The notes: a model not told the origin generated them from the sequence alone. 63,470 nucleotides of DNA, filler included, from Squatina squatina (GCA_031763465.1; 3 parts of 3 records of this genome joined end to end with filler, not necessarily neighbours in it); one strand, 5' to 3'; shown: positions 12,401 through 25,810, numbered from the whole stretch's first letter. Made by a program: numbers and translations.

Positions 12401-14438
12401 GAACAGCAAACTGATGCCAACTCAGCTCCAGTTTGTCATTGAGATAAAAACAGTTTCCTCCCCCCACCCACAGAATAGTGTTTTGATTTCCCCATTTCAC
12501 TACATTCCTAGCTTCAGGCAATACTGCTGCAGAGACACAAAACAGAGCCCACGCATAATGGGTAGGGAAAGGAAAAACTGGATGGGCATTATCCTTTAGG
12601 AGACTCTTGCATTCATCCAGGGGTAGCCAAGTGTAACAATGGGCTGCAAGTAAGTTGCTCACTTCACTCTTAATACAAGAGGTCACAGCATGGGCCAAAG
12701 AGAGAAAGCAAGTGGCACATCGCAGGATACATATATCTCAAAAGGTCTTTGTCTGATAATTTCTATAGTAAAAGCTAAGGTACTCCATAATCTTAACTAG
12801 TGAAGCAGCCTTTATTTCTTTTGGCAGTATACTACATAGAAACAGGATATTCTCAAGATCCTCACACGTTTCATGTTAAGCTAGACAGTTAAGAAATTGA
12901 AATTAGGAAGTTGGAGCGTTCTCTCTTATCTGGTTCAACCTGAAACGGAGCTATCACCAAAGTAATTTTTGCAGCAGTACAGTTGCTCTTAAGTGGTAAA
13001 CTGTTTTACATATTGACTCCTAGTACAGGTCTGGTACCTAATACCAGTCTTAAAATTAATTGCCGTACACCTGAATTTGCTGTAATAAAAAAAGTAGTGA
13101 CGTGGATCAATATGACTGTATAGTTAGAAGTTATCTTACGTGAAATATAACTGTGTAGCAAAAATAACAACTTTAAATGTCTAGGTGATCTCCATTTTCA
13201 ATATTACTTTACTTAACTCAGGTCATTGTAAAGCTATAACAGAGTTATGCATACCACTGTGCTGTTAGCTTCAACATAACTCAGCTCTGGGATAGAGTTT
13301 TTGGCATAAATAGTAATTATGACTTGTCCTCCAGTTTGGTGCCAATCATGTCGGCATGGTACAACTTTATTGCCCTGTAAAAATAAAAAAAAATCATGCA
13401 CAAATGTTTAAAATTAGTTTATGTAAATTTTGGCCTGGATTAAAATGTTCAAAATGATTTTTCAAAAATTTAAATGTAGGTCCAGGACCCAAAGTCTCCA
13501 AATCCCAGGAGACTGAAGNNNNNNNNNNNNNNNNNNNNNNNNNNNNNNNNNNNNNNNNNNNNNNNNNNNNNNNNNNNNNNNNNNNNNNNNNNNNNNNNNN
13601 NNNNNNNNNNNNNNNNNNGGTACACTGCACCAAATTGTATTTCAATGTAGGGCGATTCCACTAGGCTGTATTCTTGAATCACCCATTAAAAAAATAGCGA
13701 AATAACAGATTCCACTTCTTTTTAAATTAATAGCAAACCTTTAGACTTCAATATAAATTCAAGGTAAAGTGAAATCAAGGTCAATCTACTCCAATTATTG
13801 CTTACTACCAGCGAAATACTACTAGATTCAAACAGGTAAAAGTACTTAAAGCATCAGACGTTGGACTGAAATCAGTGCTCAGGATGCAAAAAAAATCAGT
13901 TCATCAGTGAAGATTTTGCATTCTTTGCATTAAAGTAACCTCCATATGCCAGGAGTAAACCCAATTTGGTAGCACAGAGAATGACAATGGACAAATCACA
14001 TTGGCGTCATCACAGTGCCGAGATGCTGCAAAGGCAATATCTCTTACTGTAAAGGAGCCTCCCTTAGGCCAACACTTTAGTTATTTTCAAGAAATAGATG
14101 ATCACATCAACTGTAGTTATAATCTGCATTTGTTGAAATACAGCAAATCCTTTTACAGAATTAGGATTTACCATAATTCATGGAGAAAAGAATCACCTCG
14201 GGAACCTCTAGGAAATTCAGGTTGTTGCAGTGCCATTTTGGTAGTGACCTGGTGTCATTTTATTATACTCAAATGCTCACTCTGGACTGACTGTACCCAT
14301 AATTCTTTGATCAGAAGAGGCAACATGAGCAATACAACCCAAAGAATAAACAGCAGATAAACAGAGACGTGTTAAAACTGCAAAAAGAAAATGGATACTT
14401 TTTGATAACAGGGCATAGATCCCCTTGAATCTGCTTAC

Positions 14439-14497
14439 CTTGTTACAACCTGTATTTTTACATGTGGTCCCAATCTTTACTTCATTACTATCCTCTT
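14439..14497 (-). CDS. CHORDC1: CHORDC1 (morgana) exon, start of CHORD-II
   Basis: ttttgtag| ... |gtaagc, 59 nt. Encodes (E)EDSNEVKIGTTCKNTGCNK versus human EEDNDEIKIGTSCKNGGCSK. Tail-to-tail with NAALAD2, as at human 11q14.3. Confidence 0.88.
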
Positions 14498-14776
14498 CTA
14501 CAAAAGATACAAATTTTTTTTTAGTATGCAACTATTCAATATGGGGGGTGGGATGAAGGAACAAATTACATTTTTGTAATTCACCTCATGGTATGATTTT
14601 CATTACGCTGCTACTCCTCCCAACAGTAGACAATGACAATTATAAAAGCCAGGACTTGCTTTTATGCCAATGTTGCNNNNNNNNNNNNNNNNNNNNNNNN
14701 NNNNNNNNNNNNNNNNNNNNNNNNNNNNNNNNNNNNNNNNNNNNNNNNNNNNNNNNNNNNNNNNNNNNNNNNNNNN

Positions 14777-14995
14777 GTGCAAGGCTAGCACCACCTAAAG
14801 CTAGCCTGCACCACTTAAAGCCAGTCTGCACCTCTTAAAGGGAAGGTCCATTCTGGCTGGAGCAGGTGCTGGAAGTGGCTGGAGAAGATATTCTGAGCAG
14901 GGAGAAGGTGTACTAACGGCACAACAGGGGAGAAAGCGGGCTCCACAATTTTCCAATGCAGCACTGGAGGCCTTGGTACAGGAGGAGAGAGGTCA
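14777..14995 (+). mobile_element. Harbinger Myb-like ORF N-terminal relic
   Basis: aagcgggctccacaattttccaatgcagcactggaggccttggtacaggag reads KRAPQFSNAALEALVQE, a Myb/SANT-like (MSANTD-type) start motif. Confidence 0.55.
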
Positions 14996-15004
14996 TCGAT
15001 CACG

Positions 15005-15630
15005 GGGTAATACAGTAATCATGGCACACTTTAATCTTCCTATAGACTGGGGAAACCAAATTTGCTGTAATAGGATGAATTCATGGAACATATTCTAGAT
15101 AGTTTTCTGGGTCAGTATGTTGAGTAACCAACTAGGAAACAAGCAATTTTAGATCTAATCTTGTACAATGAGAAAGGGTCAATTAATAACCTTGCTCTAA
15201 AGGAGCCTCTGGGGAAACTAGGGTCTTAAATCTGAACAAAGCAAACTATGTAGGTATGAGGAGCGAGTTGGCTAAGGTAGATTGGGAAAGTGGATTAAAA
15301 GATATGATTCACAATAAATAAACATTTCCTTAAGGAATAAAAACCGCACAGGACAGGTGGTTAACAAGAGAAATCAAAGATAATGCTAGGTTAAAGGAAG
15401 CAGCTTATAATGTTGCCAAAAAGAATAGTAAGGCTGAAGATTGGGAGGAGTTTAGAATTCAAGGATGACCAAGAAATTGATGAAGAGAAAAGAGAATATG
15501 GGAGTAAACTAGCAAGAGACATAAAATCAGATTGTAAAACTTTCTATAAGCATGTAAAAAGGAAGAGATTAGTAAAAGTAAATGTGGATTCCTTAGAGGC
15601 AGAGACAGGAGAAATTATAATAGGGAATAA
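15005..15630 (+). mobile_element. CR1 ORF2 fragment (endonuclease to linker)
   Basis: Degenerate KLARDIKSDCKTFYKHVKRKRLVKVNVDSLEAETGEIIIGN. Confidence 0.8.
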
Positions 15631-15730
15631 NNNNNNNNNNNNNNNNNNNNNNNNNNNNNNNNNNNNNNNNNNNNNNNNNNNNNNNNNNNNNNNNNNNNNN
15701 NNNNNNNNNNNNNNNNNNNNNNNNNNNNNN

Positions 15731-16368
15731 CACTGGAGACTTTGGTCCTGGGGTTCCAACAATCATTGGATGTCCTGTACCTGCATGAGGGCAACAGGCC
15801 TTCAAGGTTGAACAGCCGAACGATCTGGGGGGAGATAGCTCAATCCGTCACTGTGACGAGGGTCGTCCCCAGGACATGGAGGCAGTGCCGCAATAAGTTT
15901 TAATGACCTCACATGGCAGGTCAAGGTGAGTGAAGGCTTCGTCAAATGCCATATCCCACCATCCGCACCACAAGCCTCAAACACTGCTCAATGCACCACA
16001 CCCCCAGCACTCACCTACCAACAATCTCGAGCAATCAACATTCATTCCTCACAATCATAGCTTCAGCACACCTCACATACCACTGCTGCAACATTCACAC
16101 ACACATCTCACATCTTGCACACACTGCCAGCTATTCAACCATTGAAGGCACATCAGCCAAACACATTGCACAACACTCACTCACACACTTCCCTTTTTCT
16201 TGCAGGCCAACGTGGCTCATAAACGCAGAGAGCAACAGTGGTCAAGCGAGGGTTGAGAACCTAACTGACCGAGAGGACTCCATGCTCCAAACAACTGGAG
16301 AGGCTGTGACAGGGTCCATGGTGAGTGGAGACGTGGAAAGCATCACTGATGATGACGGTATGCTCGGT
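15731..16368 (+). mobile_element. Harbinger Myb-like ORF relic with intron
   Basis: cagtgccgcaataagttttaatgacctc (frameshifted QCRxKFNDL), then donor aag|gtgagt and acceptor tttttcttgcag|. Shares HSLTHFPFSCR with the copy near 46.3 kb. Confidence 0.6.
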
Positions 16369-16468
16369 NNNNNNNNNNNNNNNNNNNNNNNNNNNNNNNN
16401 NNNNNNNNNNNNNNNNNNNNNNNNNNNNNNNNNNNNNNNNNNNNNNNNNNNNNNNNNNNNNNNNNNNN

Positions 16469-16680
16469 GGGGGTCGCCGGGCAGGTAGTCAGCCGGGGAT
16501 CGAGAGAGGGTTGGAAGATCGGCAAGGGGTTAGGGATCACGGGAGGTTGACAGGGGTGAGGTGGGGGGGATCAAAACCGGAAGTGGGCGGGTTGGAGGCA
16601 TGCAGGTTGGGAATCCCATTTTAAAAAATATAACTGCCCCCACACTCCAAACCCACCCGTTTTTTAGGGGAAAATTGCAG
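16469..16680 (-). mobile_element. DNA-transposon/MITE end of the same family as 4025-4166
   Basis: aaaaccggaagtgggcgggttgg is a near reverse complement of the 4102-4124 motif. Confidence 0.4.
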
Positions 16681-18769
16681 CTAATTAATCTCTTTACATA
16701 AACTACGTACAATATGGCTACAGTTTAGGTCATTATTTCAATACAAATCTAAGGTGAATGCCATACGAATTTGTCTTTTGGGGTTAGTGGATGGATGGTG
16801 GGAGTGAGTGAAAGCTCATTCGTAAATGTTGCAACTTTTTAGCCTTCACTTAGTTCTAACCTGGGTTGTTTATAATCAACAGGGGAAATTTGAGGCAAAC
16901 CCACCCTACTACATATTTTAAATTGATCTGAAAATTGAGCTAACCATGACCTTGCACATGGACAAATAAGCAGTTTCAGGTTAGAAATAATTATATACAT
17001 AGATAAATTATCAGTACCGTGTAAATATAGTCCTGGATAATAATGTGTTCTTTTACACATGCACAATCCCCATCATAGTTCACTCAGAAAACAGTGTTGC
17101 TGTTTATCTTCACAGGTGAGATATCCTTTCTGTTAATTTGCATAACTCAAGCCTTTATTTAAATATTTTTAGAATTGAAGTTTCTGATCTCATTGACTTT
17201 TATAATCAGCTTTACCTGATTTTAGTTTGCTCTAAATACTTATTGTGGCATTAGTATCCTTTTGTTTGTTTAATGATTTATTTGTATTGATTTGACGTCC
17301 TGCTTCCTGAGCCCTGCAGTGCCTGAGTGGCTTTCAGCTGCTTATAAATTTTAAATAAATGTCAAAACTACCCACAATATATTATGTGAAACCTCCCCTG
17401 AGTCGAGCTCACTCACCCCCGACTTAGCAGTTCTATTGACATTCAAAGCTTTGAAGATGACAGCAGCACTGAAAAACTAATAGTATTTTGTATGTTTTCT
17501 TGTTCTAGTATCTGCAGAGATTACTATGCATCAATATTATTAAAGTGAAATTCAAGGACAATGGCAACTAAAAGTTTGAAATTAACTGAATTTTGGAAGT
17601 CTCAACCCACTTTGTAGTTTAATGTCTGCATTTGTTCTCAAAGTCCAAACAAAAATATTGTTTACCATTTTAGGTTTATGCAGAACTATTTTCTCAATCC
17701 TTTTTAATAAATTATCCTGAAGAAAAAAAGAGTAATTTCTCTTTNNNNNNNNNNNNNNNNNNNNNNNNNNNNNNNNNNNNNNNNNNNNNNNNNNNNNNNN
17801 NNNNNNNNNNNNNNNNNNNNNNNNNNNNNNNNNNNNNNNNNNNNAACATATCAGCATCAGTGTTTTTGAAATCCAAAATCTGTAGTCAATACTTTTCTGA
17901 ACAACCAATAATGTGTATTAACCAAAATCATGATTGATCTAAGATTGTGAAACTCAGATAAAGCTGAATAGATGCAGATTGCCCCAAATAATTCTAGTTT
18001 TTAAATAATTTCAGGCTCGTGTCATTCTCAGAGATTGGTCAATTATTTGTATCTTTACTCCTTTCATTTTTCAATTTTTATATTAATCAAATCAAGGTAT
18101 CTTTAAAATATAAAATGGTTTCACAGAATAAAATATGCACTGACATATAAAATGGCTGTTCACCTTACAGTGCTTCCCTTTGACAGTGCATGAGGTCACC
18201 TTCCAGCCATGGTCTATTGGCTGCTCTGATGATAATTATTATGATTGACACTATTAAATGTCACCTTGTTAGAGGGTAAACACATAGCTGTCAGCATCCT
18301 TCATCCTTTACTGTCTTTGTTGGATGAGTGATTCCATCTTAATAGATTGGCAATCAAGATGATTGTAAGAGACAATGGCTATCATAACTGAAAGCTATGT
18401 GGTTATGATATTATGAACTATTTTGCATAAGAACAAAATCTCATTGGGCATAGGATGTTGGTGCTGCAGTACTCGATAGTCAATATCATTATCATTCTTT
18501 ATAGACTAAGACAGCATTGGCCAGTCAATGAGGCTTTAGATTAAAACTGTAAGAGAAAAATGTCATCCCAATTAATTGAACAGACACTGCAGCGCAAAAT
18601 GATCACTTTTAAAACTACCCATATATAATCTCCACTGAGAGCATATTTTAGGAAATCAAACTGACTGAACCTCAGTACATTCAGCCAAAATGTACAGTCA
18701 TCTATTCTATGACTCAAGTTTCTTGAGAGCTCTAATGCTCCATTATATTGTATGCCACCTTAATGTTAA

Positions 18770-19065
18770 TGGTACTAGTAATCCAGAAATCATGGGTTTG
18801 AATCCCACCACAGCAGCTGGGCATTTAAAGTCAATTAAATAAATAAACCTGGAATTAAAAAAAAGAGTATCAGTAATGTTTGAACATGAAAATACCAGAT
18901 AGTTGTAACAACCCAGCTGGTTCACTAATCTCCCTCAGGGAAGGGAATCTGCCGTCCTGACCCAGCCTGGCCTATAGGTGACTCCAGACCCACAGTAATG
19001 TGGTTGGACTCTCAGCTGCCCTCTGAAATGGCCCAGCAAGCCAGTCAGTTGTAACAAACCGCTAC
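18770..19065 (+). mobile_element. tRNA-derived SINE fragment
   Basis: B-box-like gggtttgaatcccacc followed by a body (ctggttcactaat...ggaagggaatctgccgtcctgaccc) that recurs in reverse at 25175-25280. Confidence 0.6.
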
Positions 19066-20809
19066 AAAAAACAATAACAATAATAAGAATAAAATTGGTC
19101 GGCACTTGCTGCGGACACGACAATGACACANNNNNNNNNNNNNNNNNNNNNNNNNNNNNNNNNNNNNNNNNNNNNNNNNNNNNNNNNNNNNNNNNNNNNN
19201 NNNNNNNNNNNNNNNNNNNNNNNNNNNNNNCTAGAAATATAACATTTTCAGTCCACGTAGTTGGATCTGTCAAAAACATTTATTCAACAACAAACTGTAT
19301 TTTACCAAGTCTGGTGCACAGAAGGATCTCAGAATCACTTCAAAGCATCAGAAATATTTTAACAGGTGCTTGCTATTCCTCGGCCTGAGAAGCTCCAATG
19401 TCATCATCATTCTAAGCTGAAGCATAGTGATAAGGGAACTAACCCTTCAGCCAGATACATTTATTTTCACTCCTGTGGTAACATATTGGTAAATAAGTAA
19501 ACTAGGAAAAAGATTCATATCATNNNNNNNNNNGACTGGTGGAAGTATTACTTCCATCTCCACATTATCACTTGGGAAAATCATATTAATATTCCAGAGA
19601 GCATACTGCTTCTTGCAGGAAGGCAGCTTTGGGAGCTGATTCATGCCTACTGCTTTGAAAACTGTAATAGCATTTCAGCACCAAAAATATAACATGATTA
19701 ACAATTTTCTGTGTGTCTCTGTTGCACTGGTAGTGAGAATTAGGAAACCATCTTTGTCTTTCAAAATCTATCCAATTCTACATTTTAGTAGGAATTCACA
19801 GAGACTGCTTCTTTATAAATATCATATGGAAGACAAAATTCTTTGAAAGCTGACAAGGTCTCTTGGTATTCCAAGAGTTAACATGGAACCATGGCCATTT
19901 TACTGTGGAGTATGCTAATAGGATTCCAGAAGCTTTTGGGAATGCAATGTTACATGCAATGCATTTTGATTATTCTGTATAGATCAAAGTGATGCACTTC
20001 AGTAATTCAATTTTCATGTAAATTTTCATCAGCTCTACTGAAATTTCCACACCTTTACAATTTTCAGTACCATAAGTCTGCACTTAGGTTTGAACAGAAT
20101 ACCTGCTAGATGGAATTAACCTAAATTCTGATATTTACTCCTTTTGTTAATTAATCATATTCTGTTTATGAAAAGCCCATGATACGGATGAAATGGAAGG
20201 GAATGCAGTAAATATGAATATATATTATTCTGATTGGCCAGCTTGGATTTGAATGAGCAAGAGAACATTGTACCACATGGTTTAATCAATATTATGCTTC
20301 CTAAAAAGTTAGAAAAATGCTCAACAATCAGAACAGTATATCTCTTTAACCATTTTCCCCTCACGGGCCATTAGGTCAATCATTTTATAACATGGTTATA
20401 TAGATTACTTACAGCTGAATACACATACAAGAAAATGGCAATAATTATTTTCTGTAACCAAATGGTTATTCACAGTGATTACTGCAAATTGTCCCAAGAG
20501 AAAGATGTAATAATTAATTCTATTAAAAAGATTAGGCAAAATTTTATACATGGTTTTGAAGTTTGGTGTTACAGTAAAAACACAAAAAAAAAATCATAAA
20601 ATAAAACAATTTAATCTATCAAATGGATCCCTTCCACAAACCTTGTAGAGCTTTCCCTCTCATGGACTCAACCCGGCTCGTTCAGCCTCCTGAAAGAAGC
20701 AACCAGTAAGAACCTATAGCACTTTGAAATTTCTAAAAAGCCTCAAAGGTAAAATACTTGAATACAAAACAGCCTCATAACCCATGCTTACAAATCTGGC
20801 CAGATGTAT

Positions 20810-21200
20810 TCGACCCCTGAGTCATTCATGGTCCATGAAGTGCATGAACCATTATATTCCTTCAGTAATTGATCATCTGTGTCTATCCGTATCCTTTAAA
20901 TCTTCAATTCTGTTCTTACACATATTTCCCCCCTCCTTAAAAGAGAATTAATTGACATAATGCTAATTGCTTTTGCTGGGAAGCTATTCCATATATCAAC
21001 TACTCGTTCAAAAAATCTTCTGAACTCCAGTCTCCCTTGATGCTTGCTAATTTTGTATTCATGTCCTTCAGTTTCAGTTAAGTAACTTGCTTGCGTTGAC
21101 ATTATTCACGCTAGTCATTGCTTCAAATTCTTAAATCATGCTCACTCAATCTTCTTTGCTCCACTGGAAACAGAGTAAGTTCTGTAAATCTTTCTTCTTA
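20810..21200 (-). mobile_element. Old CR1 3' fragment
   Basis: TEGHEYKISKHQGRLEFRRFFERVVDIWNSFP matches the CR1 RT C-terminal motif RGH..L...R.FF..RVV..WNSLP. Confidence 0.7.
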
Positions 21201-22439
21201 ACATTGATCACTTCATACTACAATTATCCTATTTGCTAAACTTTTTGCACACAGCATTCTAAAAGTGACCTTACAGGATTAAAGTGACCTCTTTCAATGT
21301 GNNNNNNNNNNNNNNNNNNNNNNNNNNNNNNNNNNNNNNNNNNNNNNNNNNNNNNNNNNNNNNNNNNNNNNNNNNNNNNNNNNNNNNNNNNNNNNNNNNN
21401 NCCAATTGCTCAGTGATTCTGGTGGCCTGCTCATTCCCCTGCCCTGAAAACTTACACAGAGCTCCAATGAAAATGAGGCCCAGACATTAAAATCGCCTGG
21501 GCCTTACGCGGGTGACACCACGGGGCTTCCTGCTGCTCCTGCTCCCTGCCCGCTGGATTTGCATCCTGAGTTAAAATCAGGGCTCTTATGTTTCTTATAT
21601 ATTTCAGTATATTATTGTCAGAACACTAAGTACTAGCTAAAGGACATCATGATCCATCAATCTGATTGTGTTCCAATTGAAGAGCTCAGTTTAGTCTACC
21701 ACATTTATTTGTTGGCCTGTGCCCAAGATGTTCAAATTGATTTTTCCATTCATTTTTGCCAGATCAATAAAGCTACTCTAACACAGGCATCGCACAGCAT
21801 CTCAAGCAACTGCTTGCTAACTGCAAAGCCATTATTTTTTGTCTGTAAATTATGGATAGATTGTCACAGCATAAGCCAAACACCAGTTTTAGGATTTAAA
21901 ATATTTCTGAATTGAAGTCGCAGAATGTCTGAGCTCTTGTTCCTTGGAAGAAAGCAATGTGAGGCCTAATCATATTTAAAGCCAGCCTCACTTTTATCTT
22001 TTGTAACTCTATCATAGAGCATGAAGCNNNNNNNNNNNNNNNNNNNNNNNNNNNNNNNNNNNNNNNNNNNNNNNNNNNNNNNNNNNNNNNNNNNNNNNNN
22101 NNNNNNNNNNNNNNNNNNNNNNNNNNNATTTTGTAGTCTAACCATTTACTGCAATAGGAACAATCATTACTTTTAACTATAAGTATATGTGTAACAAATC
22201 AATAAGAGTTCCTTGGAGGTTTGGTTTAAGTTTCATTCCATAACAATATGGGGTAGCTCGATTGGAAAACATTTTTTTCTGCCAGGTCAGTGTTTCCAGG
22301 CCACATCTGCTTATCCATAAAGCAATCCTTTTAAATGGTCTTTTCTTATTGTCCTTTTGATCCCAGAAGAGGGCAACAGGTGTTTCACAAAAAATATTAA
22401 TTATAACATATTCCTACATATGTAAGAGCAAGGAGACCA

Positions 22440-22590
22440 ATATTTATCCTTTAACCAACACCACCCAAAACAGAATACCTGGCCATTTACCTCATTGCTG
22501 TTTGTGGGAATTTGCCTACCAAAAACAAAAGCAATTCACCGGTTGTGAAGTGAGGACATGTTAAGGATTATATAAATTGTTTCTTCCTTT
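22440..22590 (+). mobile_element. Deu-domain SINE fragment
   Basis: aatatttatcctttaaccaacacca...ctcattgctgtttgtggga, matching the other SINE copies. Confidence 0.6.
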
Positions 22591-23959
22591 CTGTCATTTT
22601 CAGCCCACTAAAGACCATCTGATGTGACCTCAACACCAGATGAGTATGAATGTCATTGTTCATATTTATATGAAATCCATTTCTATATGTTCTGTAAACA
22701 CCTTGCCTGATAACTAGCTGGTAGAAATTTCTTTCAGATGATAATTGCGAACAATGTTAGTTATATTAATTTCAGCAGTAAGGGCTATCGCACGTGCTTG
22801 ATTTTCCAATCATGTAAATTAATAGTCAGGAAATAGTGTGCAGTGTGTATCTAAATTGCCAATGCATTTCCACTTGGCAAGGCTCCCATTTGAGAATGCA
22901 AAGTCAGTAAATTACCTTCAACTGTGCATTTCCATTCCTTCCCCCATCTTCTCTCTTCTTTTCAATCCTCTCTTTCTCTTTTTTCTAATTTTAACTTTGT
23001 ATTTACTTAATTTCTACCTATTCTATTTTTTTAAACTTAATTCTAAGTTAAGTACTTTGGGAGCCCAAATGGAAACCAAAAATGGGCACCAATCGGGCGT
23101 GAAAATGGCGTTAGGGCTCTAACGCCCGCTGGTNNNNNNNNNNNNNNNNNNNNNNNNNNNNNNNNNNNNNNNNNNNNNNNNNNNNNNNNNNNNNNNNNNN
23201 NNNNNNNNNNNNNNNNNNNNNNNNNNNNNNNNNAGGATCTTAGCAGGCCTCATGCAGCTCTCAGCTGCAATGGGCTCCACTGAAACCTGCAGAAGATATA
23301 CTGGGCAGATTTCCAAGAACAGGCCGGGAACTCCCCCAGACAGGCAACTTGACACTGTCAAGTCAGGTGAGAGATTTGCCTTCTCCATCCTCTGTTAGAA
23401 TTTAGCTGGCTAGTGTAAATAGGGAGAAATCCCAGCAGAACCATGTTCAGCTCCAAATCCCTGACCTCCCTCAAACTAGGAATTGTGGGGATATATTTCA
23501 GTGTTACAGTAATAAAATACATTTGCTGCTATTAAAGTACTGTTTCCCTTTAGGTAGCCAACACTGTCTTTCATAAGTTAAGACTGGGGCATACATTTGT
23601 ATTTGCAGGATGTCCCTCACACGGTAAAGTTTGAAAACCATTATTCTAACTCACTGGGGGTAATTTTAACTTTCAGCAATGATGTAAAATGGCCAATATT
23701 GGTAAATTGGCCACCATTAGGTGCCCCGCCTGTTTATTTCTTTAATTGATTCAACAGAAATGAAAATTGGGCATCCTGACCCCCACTGTGTCACCCAGGT
23801 CCCTTAGCACTAAAAATGCAAGTGTTATGTATTATTGACATTAACATCTGTTATTAACAAATATGCTTGTGATTGAAGTGACAAAGAATTCTTAAAACTT
23901 GGTCAACACNNNNNNNNNNCTACCAGCATTCTCAATTTACAACTGGCGGTTAGAAATGA

Positions 23960-24420
23960 AATAATTGTTTGTGAACAACAAGGGCTATCTGCTGACCACC
24001 TGGCTCATGGCTCCACTCTGCACCCCAAGCGCACATGGGCAACATGCGTTCAATGAGAACCATGCTGCCACACAGAATCTGATACAGCAGATCACTGGCA
24101 TGCTTAAACAACTCTTCTGCTACTTGGACCACTCTGGCGGAGCCCTCAGTACTCACCAGACCGTGTCTCAAGATTTGTAATGGTCTGCTGCATGCTCCAC
24201 AACCTCACCATCATGAGGGCACAACCCTTGGCACCAGGCCTACGCCGACCAGCTGAGAAGGAGGAGGAGGAAGTGGAAAAAGATAGGAAGAGGAGAAGGA
24301 GGAAGAGGAAGTGGAAAAGGAGCAAGTGGAAGGGAGGAGAATAGAGGCAACCCAGGCAGCCTTTTCTGCCCGAGCTGTCCGTGATCGACTCATCCGACTG
24401 TGGCATCAGCGAGCACAACC
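23960..24420 (+). mobile_element. PIF/Harbinger DDE transposase C-terminal relic (HARBI1-like)
   Basis: NKGYLLTTWLMAPL...FNENHAATQNLIQQITGMLKQLFCYLDHSGGAL, then frameshifted VCCMLHNL and an acidic tail. The catalytic D and E positions are decayed. Confidence 0.85.
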
Positions 24421-25074
24421 CCAATTTCCCATTCAACAATACTCCCACACAATGTTCCCTGCAATCTGTTTTTTGGGTGTGCGAGCCCTTTAACTCGCTG
24501 CGTGGCCATTCAATTTCTCGCAGATGCACGGTTATTTACATTTAAAAGCCCATGAGCCACCTGTGTGGGACCCCCAGACCACTGCACAGCTTAGCAGGAG
24601 CATTGGCTCCAAGGCTGTCTCTGATCTAGAAATTTTTATAAGTAATCTTTGGAAATGGAAAAAAAACAACAAACCTTGGAGATGCCTTTATATTAAAAAA
24701 AAGGCACTTTAAGTGTGACTTTTTGCTGCCAAGGTAAAACATCAGACTGATGCACCACCCATCAAATGGAAAAGGCACAAGAATCCCAACTTGTGCCATC
24801 TATGGAATCCACCCATTAGTGACCAAGAGATCTCTGGGTCATCCCATACTGAGTAACAGGCAGTCAATAGAATATGAAAATGTCCAAAATCTGACCAGAA
24901 CCACATGACAATTTGAATGATGTGGCTTCTGTACAAGTTTTAAATGAATAAGTTGAGTAATGGGATGAGAAGTCCTACTCCAGCTGTAGTCTAAAATCAT
25001 GATGCTGGGTAGCCCATAAAGTAAGCCAGCATTTAGGGAGGATAGCAATTGGATTGCAGCAGCTTCAACTTAAT

Positions 25075-25174
25075 NNNNNNNNNNNNNNNNNNNNNNNNNN
25101 NNNNNNNNNNNNNNNNNNTTAATTAATTAANNNNNNNNNNNNNNNNNNNNNNNNNNNNNNNNNNNNNNNNNNNN
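25075..25174. other. Artificial scaffold linker N44-TTAATTAATTAA-N44
   Basis: Palindromic 12-mer giving stops in all six frames, centred in a 100-nt spacer. Confidence 0.95.
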
Positions 25175-25574
25175 CCCACATTAGTGAACCAGATGGGTTT
25201 TTATGACAATCCGACAACCTCATGTTCACCTTTGCTGAGACCAGCTTTTTAATTCCAGATTTTTAAGCCGAATTTCAGATTGATTAAGCAGTGGTCTCTT
25301 GATACCGCCCCAGGGTTTAGCCGCTACAAATGCTGCCTTGCTTGTGCTGGGCAACATATTCAATAGCCAGCAGAACAGAAAAACATTTAGAATTGTGGAT
25401 GACAACTTATTGTTCTGCCCCTCGCTGTGTTTTCACGGTGGTTAAGACACTTAAGGCACACATCACACCGACACCAGCCAGCAAACCCAAACACATCTGC
25501 GTAGCTGTGGCTGCAAAGGGGAAGGCAAGACTAGAATCTCCCAGCTCACAAGTAGGCATACACATAACTCAGAG

Positions 25575-25810
25575 AATTTGCATTTCTCGACCTCAGGACG
25601 TTCCAATGCACCTTGCAGCCAATGAAGGACTTTTTGAAGTACAGTACCTGTTGTAACGTGGCAGCCAATTTGCGCACAGCAAGCTCCCACAAACAGCAAT
25701 GAGCTAATCTGTTTTTTTTGTGATGTTGGTTGAGTGTTAATTGTTGGCCAGGGGAGAACTCCCCCTGCTCTTCTTCGAAATAGTGGCCGTGGGGTCTTTT
25801 ATGCCCACCC
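25575..25810 (-). mobile_element. Deu-domain SINE fragment
   Basis: cctcaggacgttcc...gcagccaatttgcgcacagcaagctcccacaaacagcaatg...ctcccctgctcttcttcgaaatagt. Confidence 0.75.

Noticed and set aside
17417-17469. Possible minus-strand exon of about 52 nt (tttttcag| ... |gtgagt)
   Set aside because: The only open frame (AAVIFKALNVNRTAKSG) does not resemble CHORDC1 or anything I recognise. Support is too weak.
23965-24180. Domesticated HARBI1 gene
   Set aside because: Catalytic residues are decayed and the frame is shifted, so it is a transposon relic.
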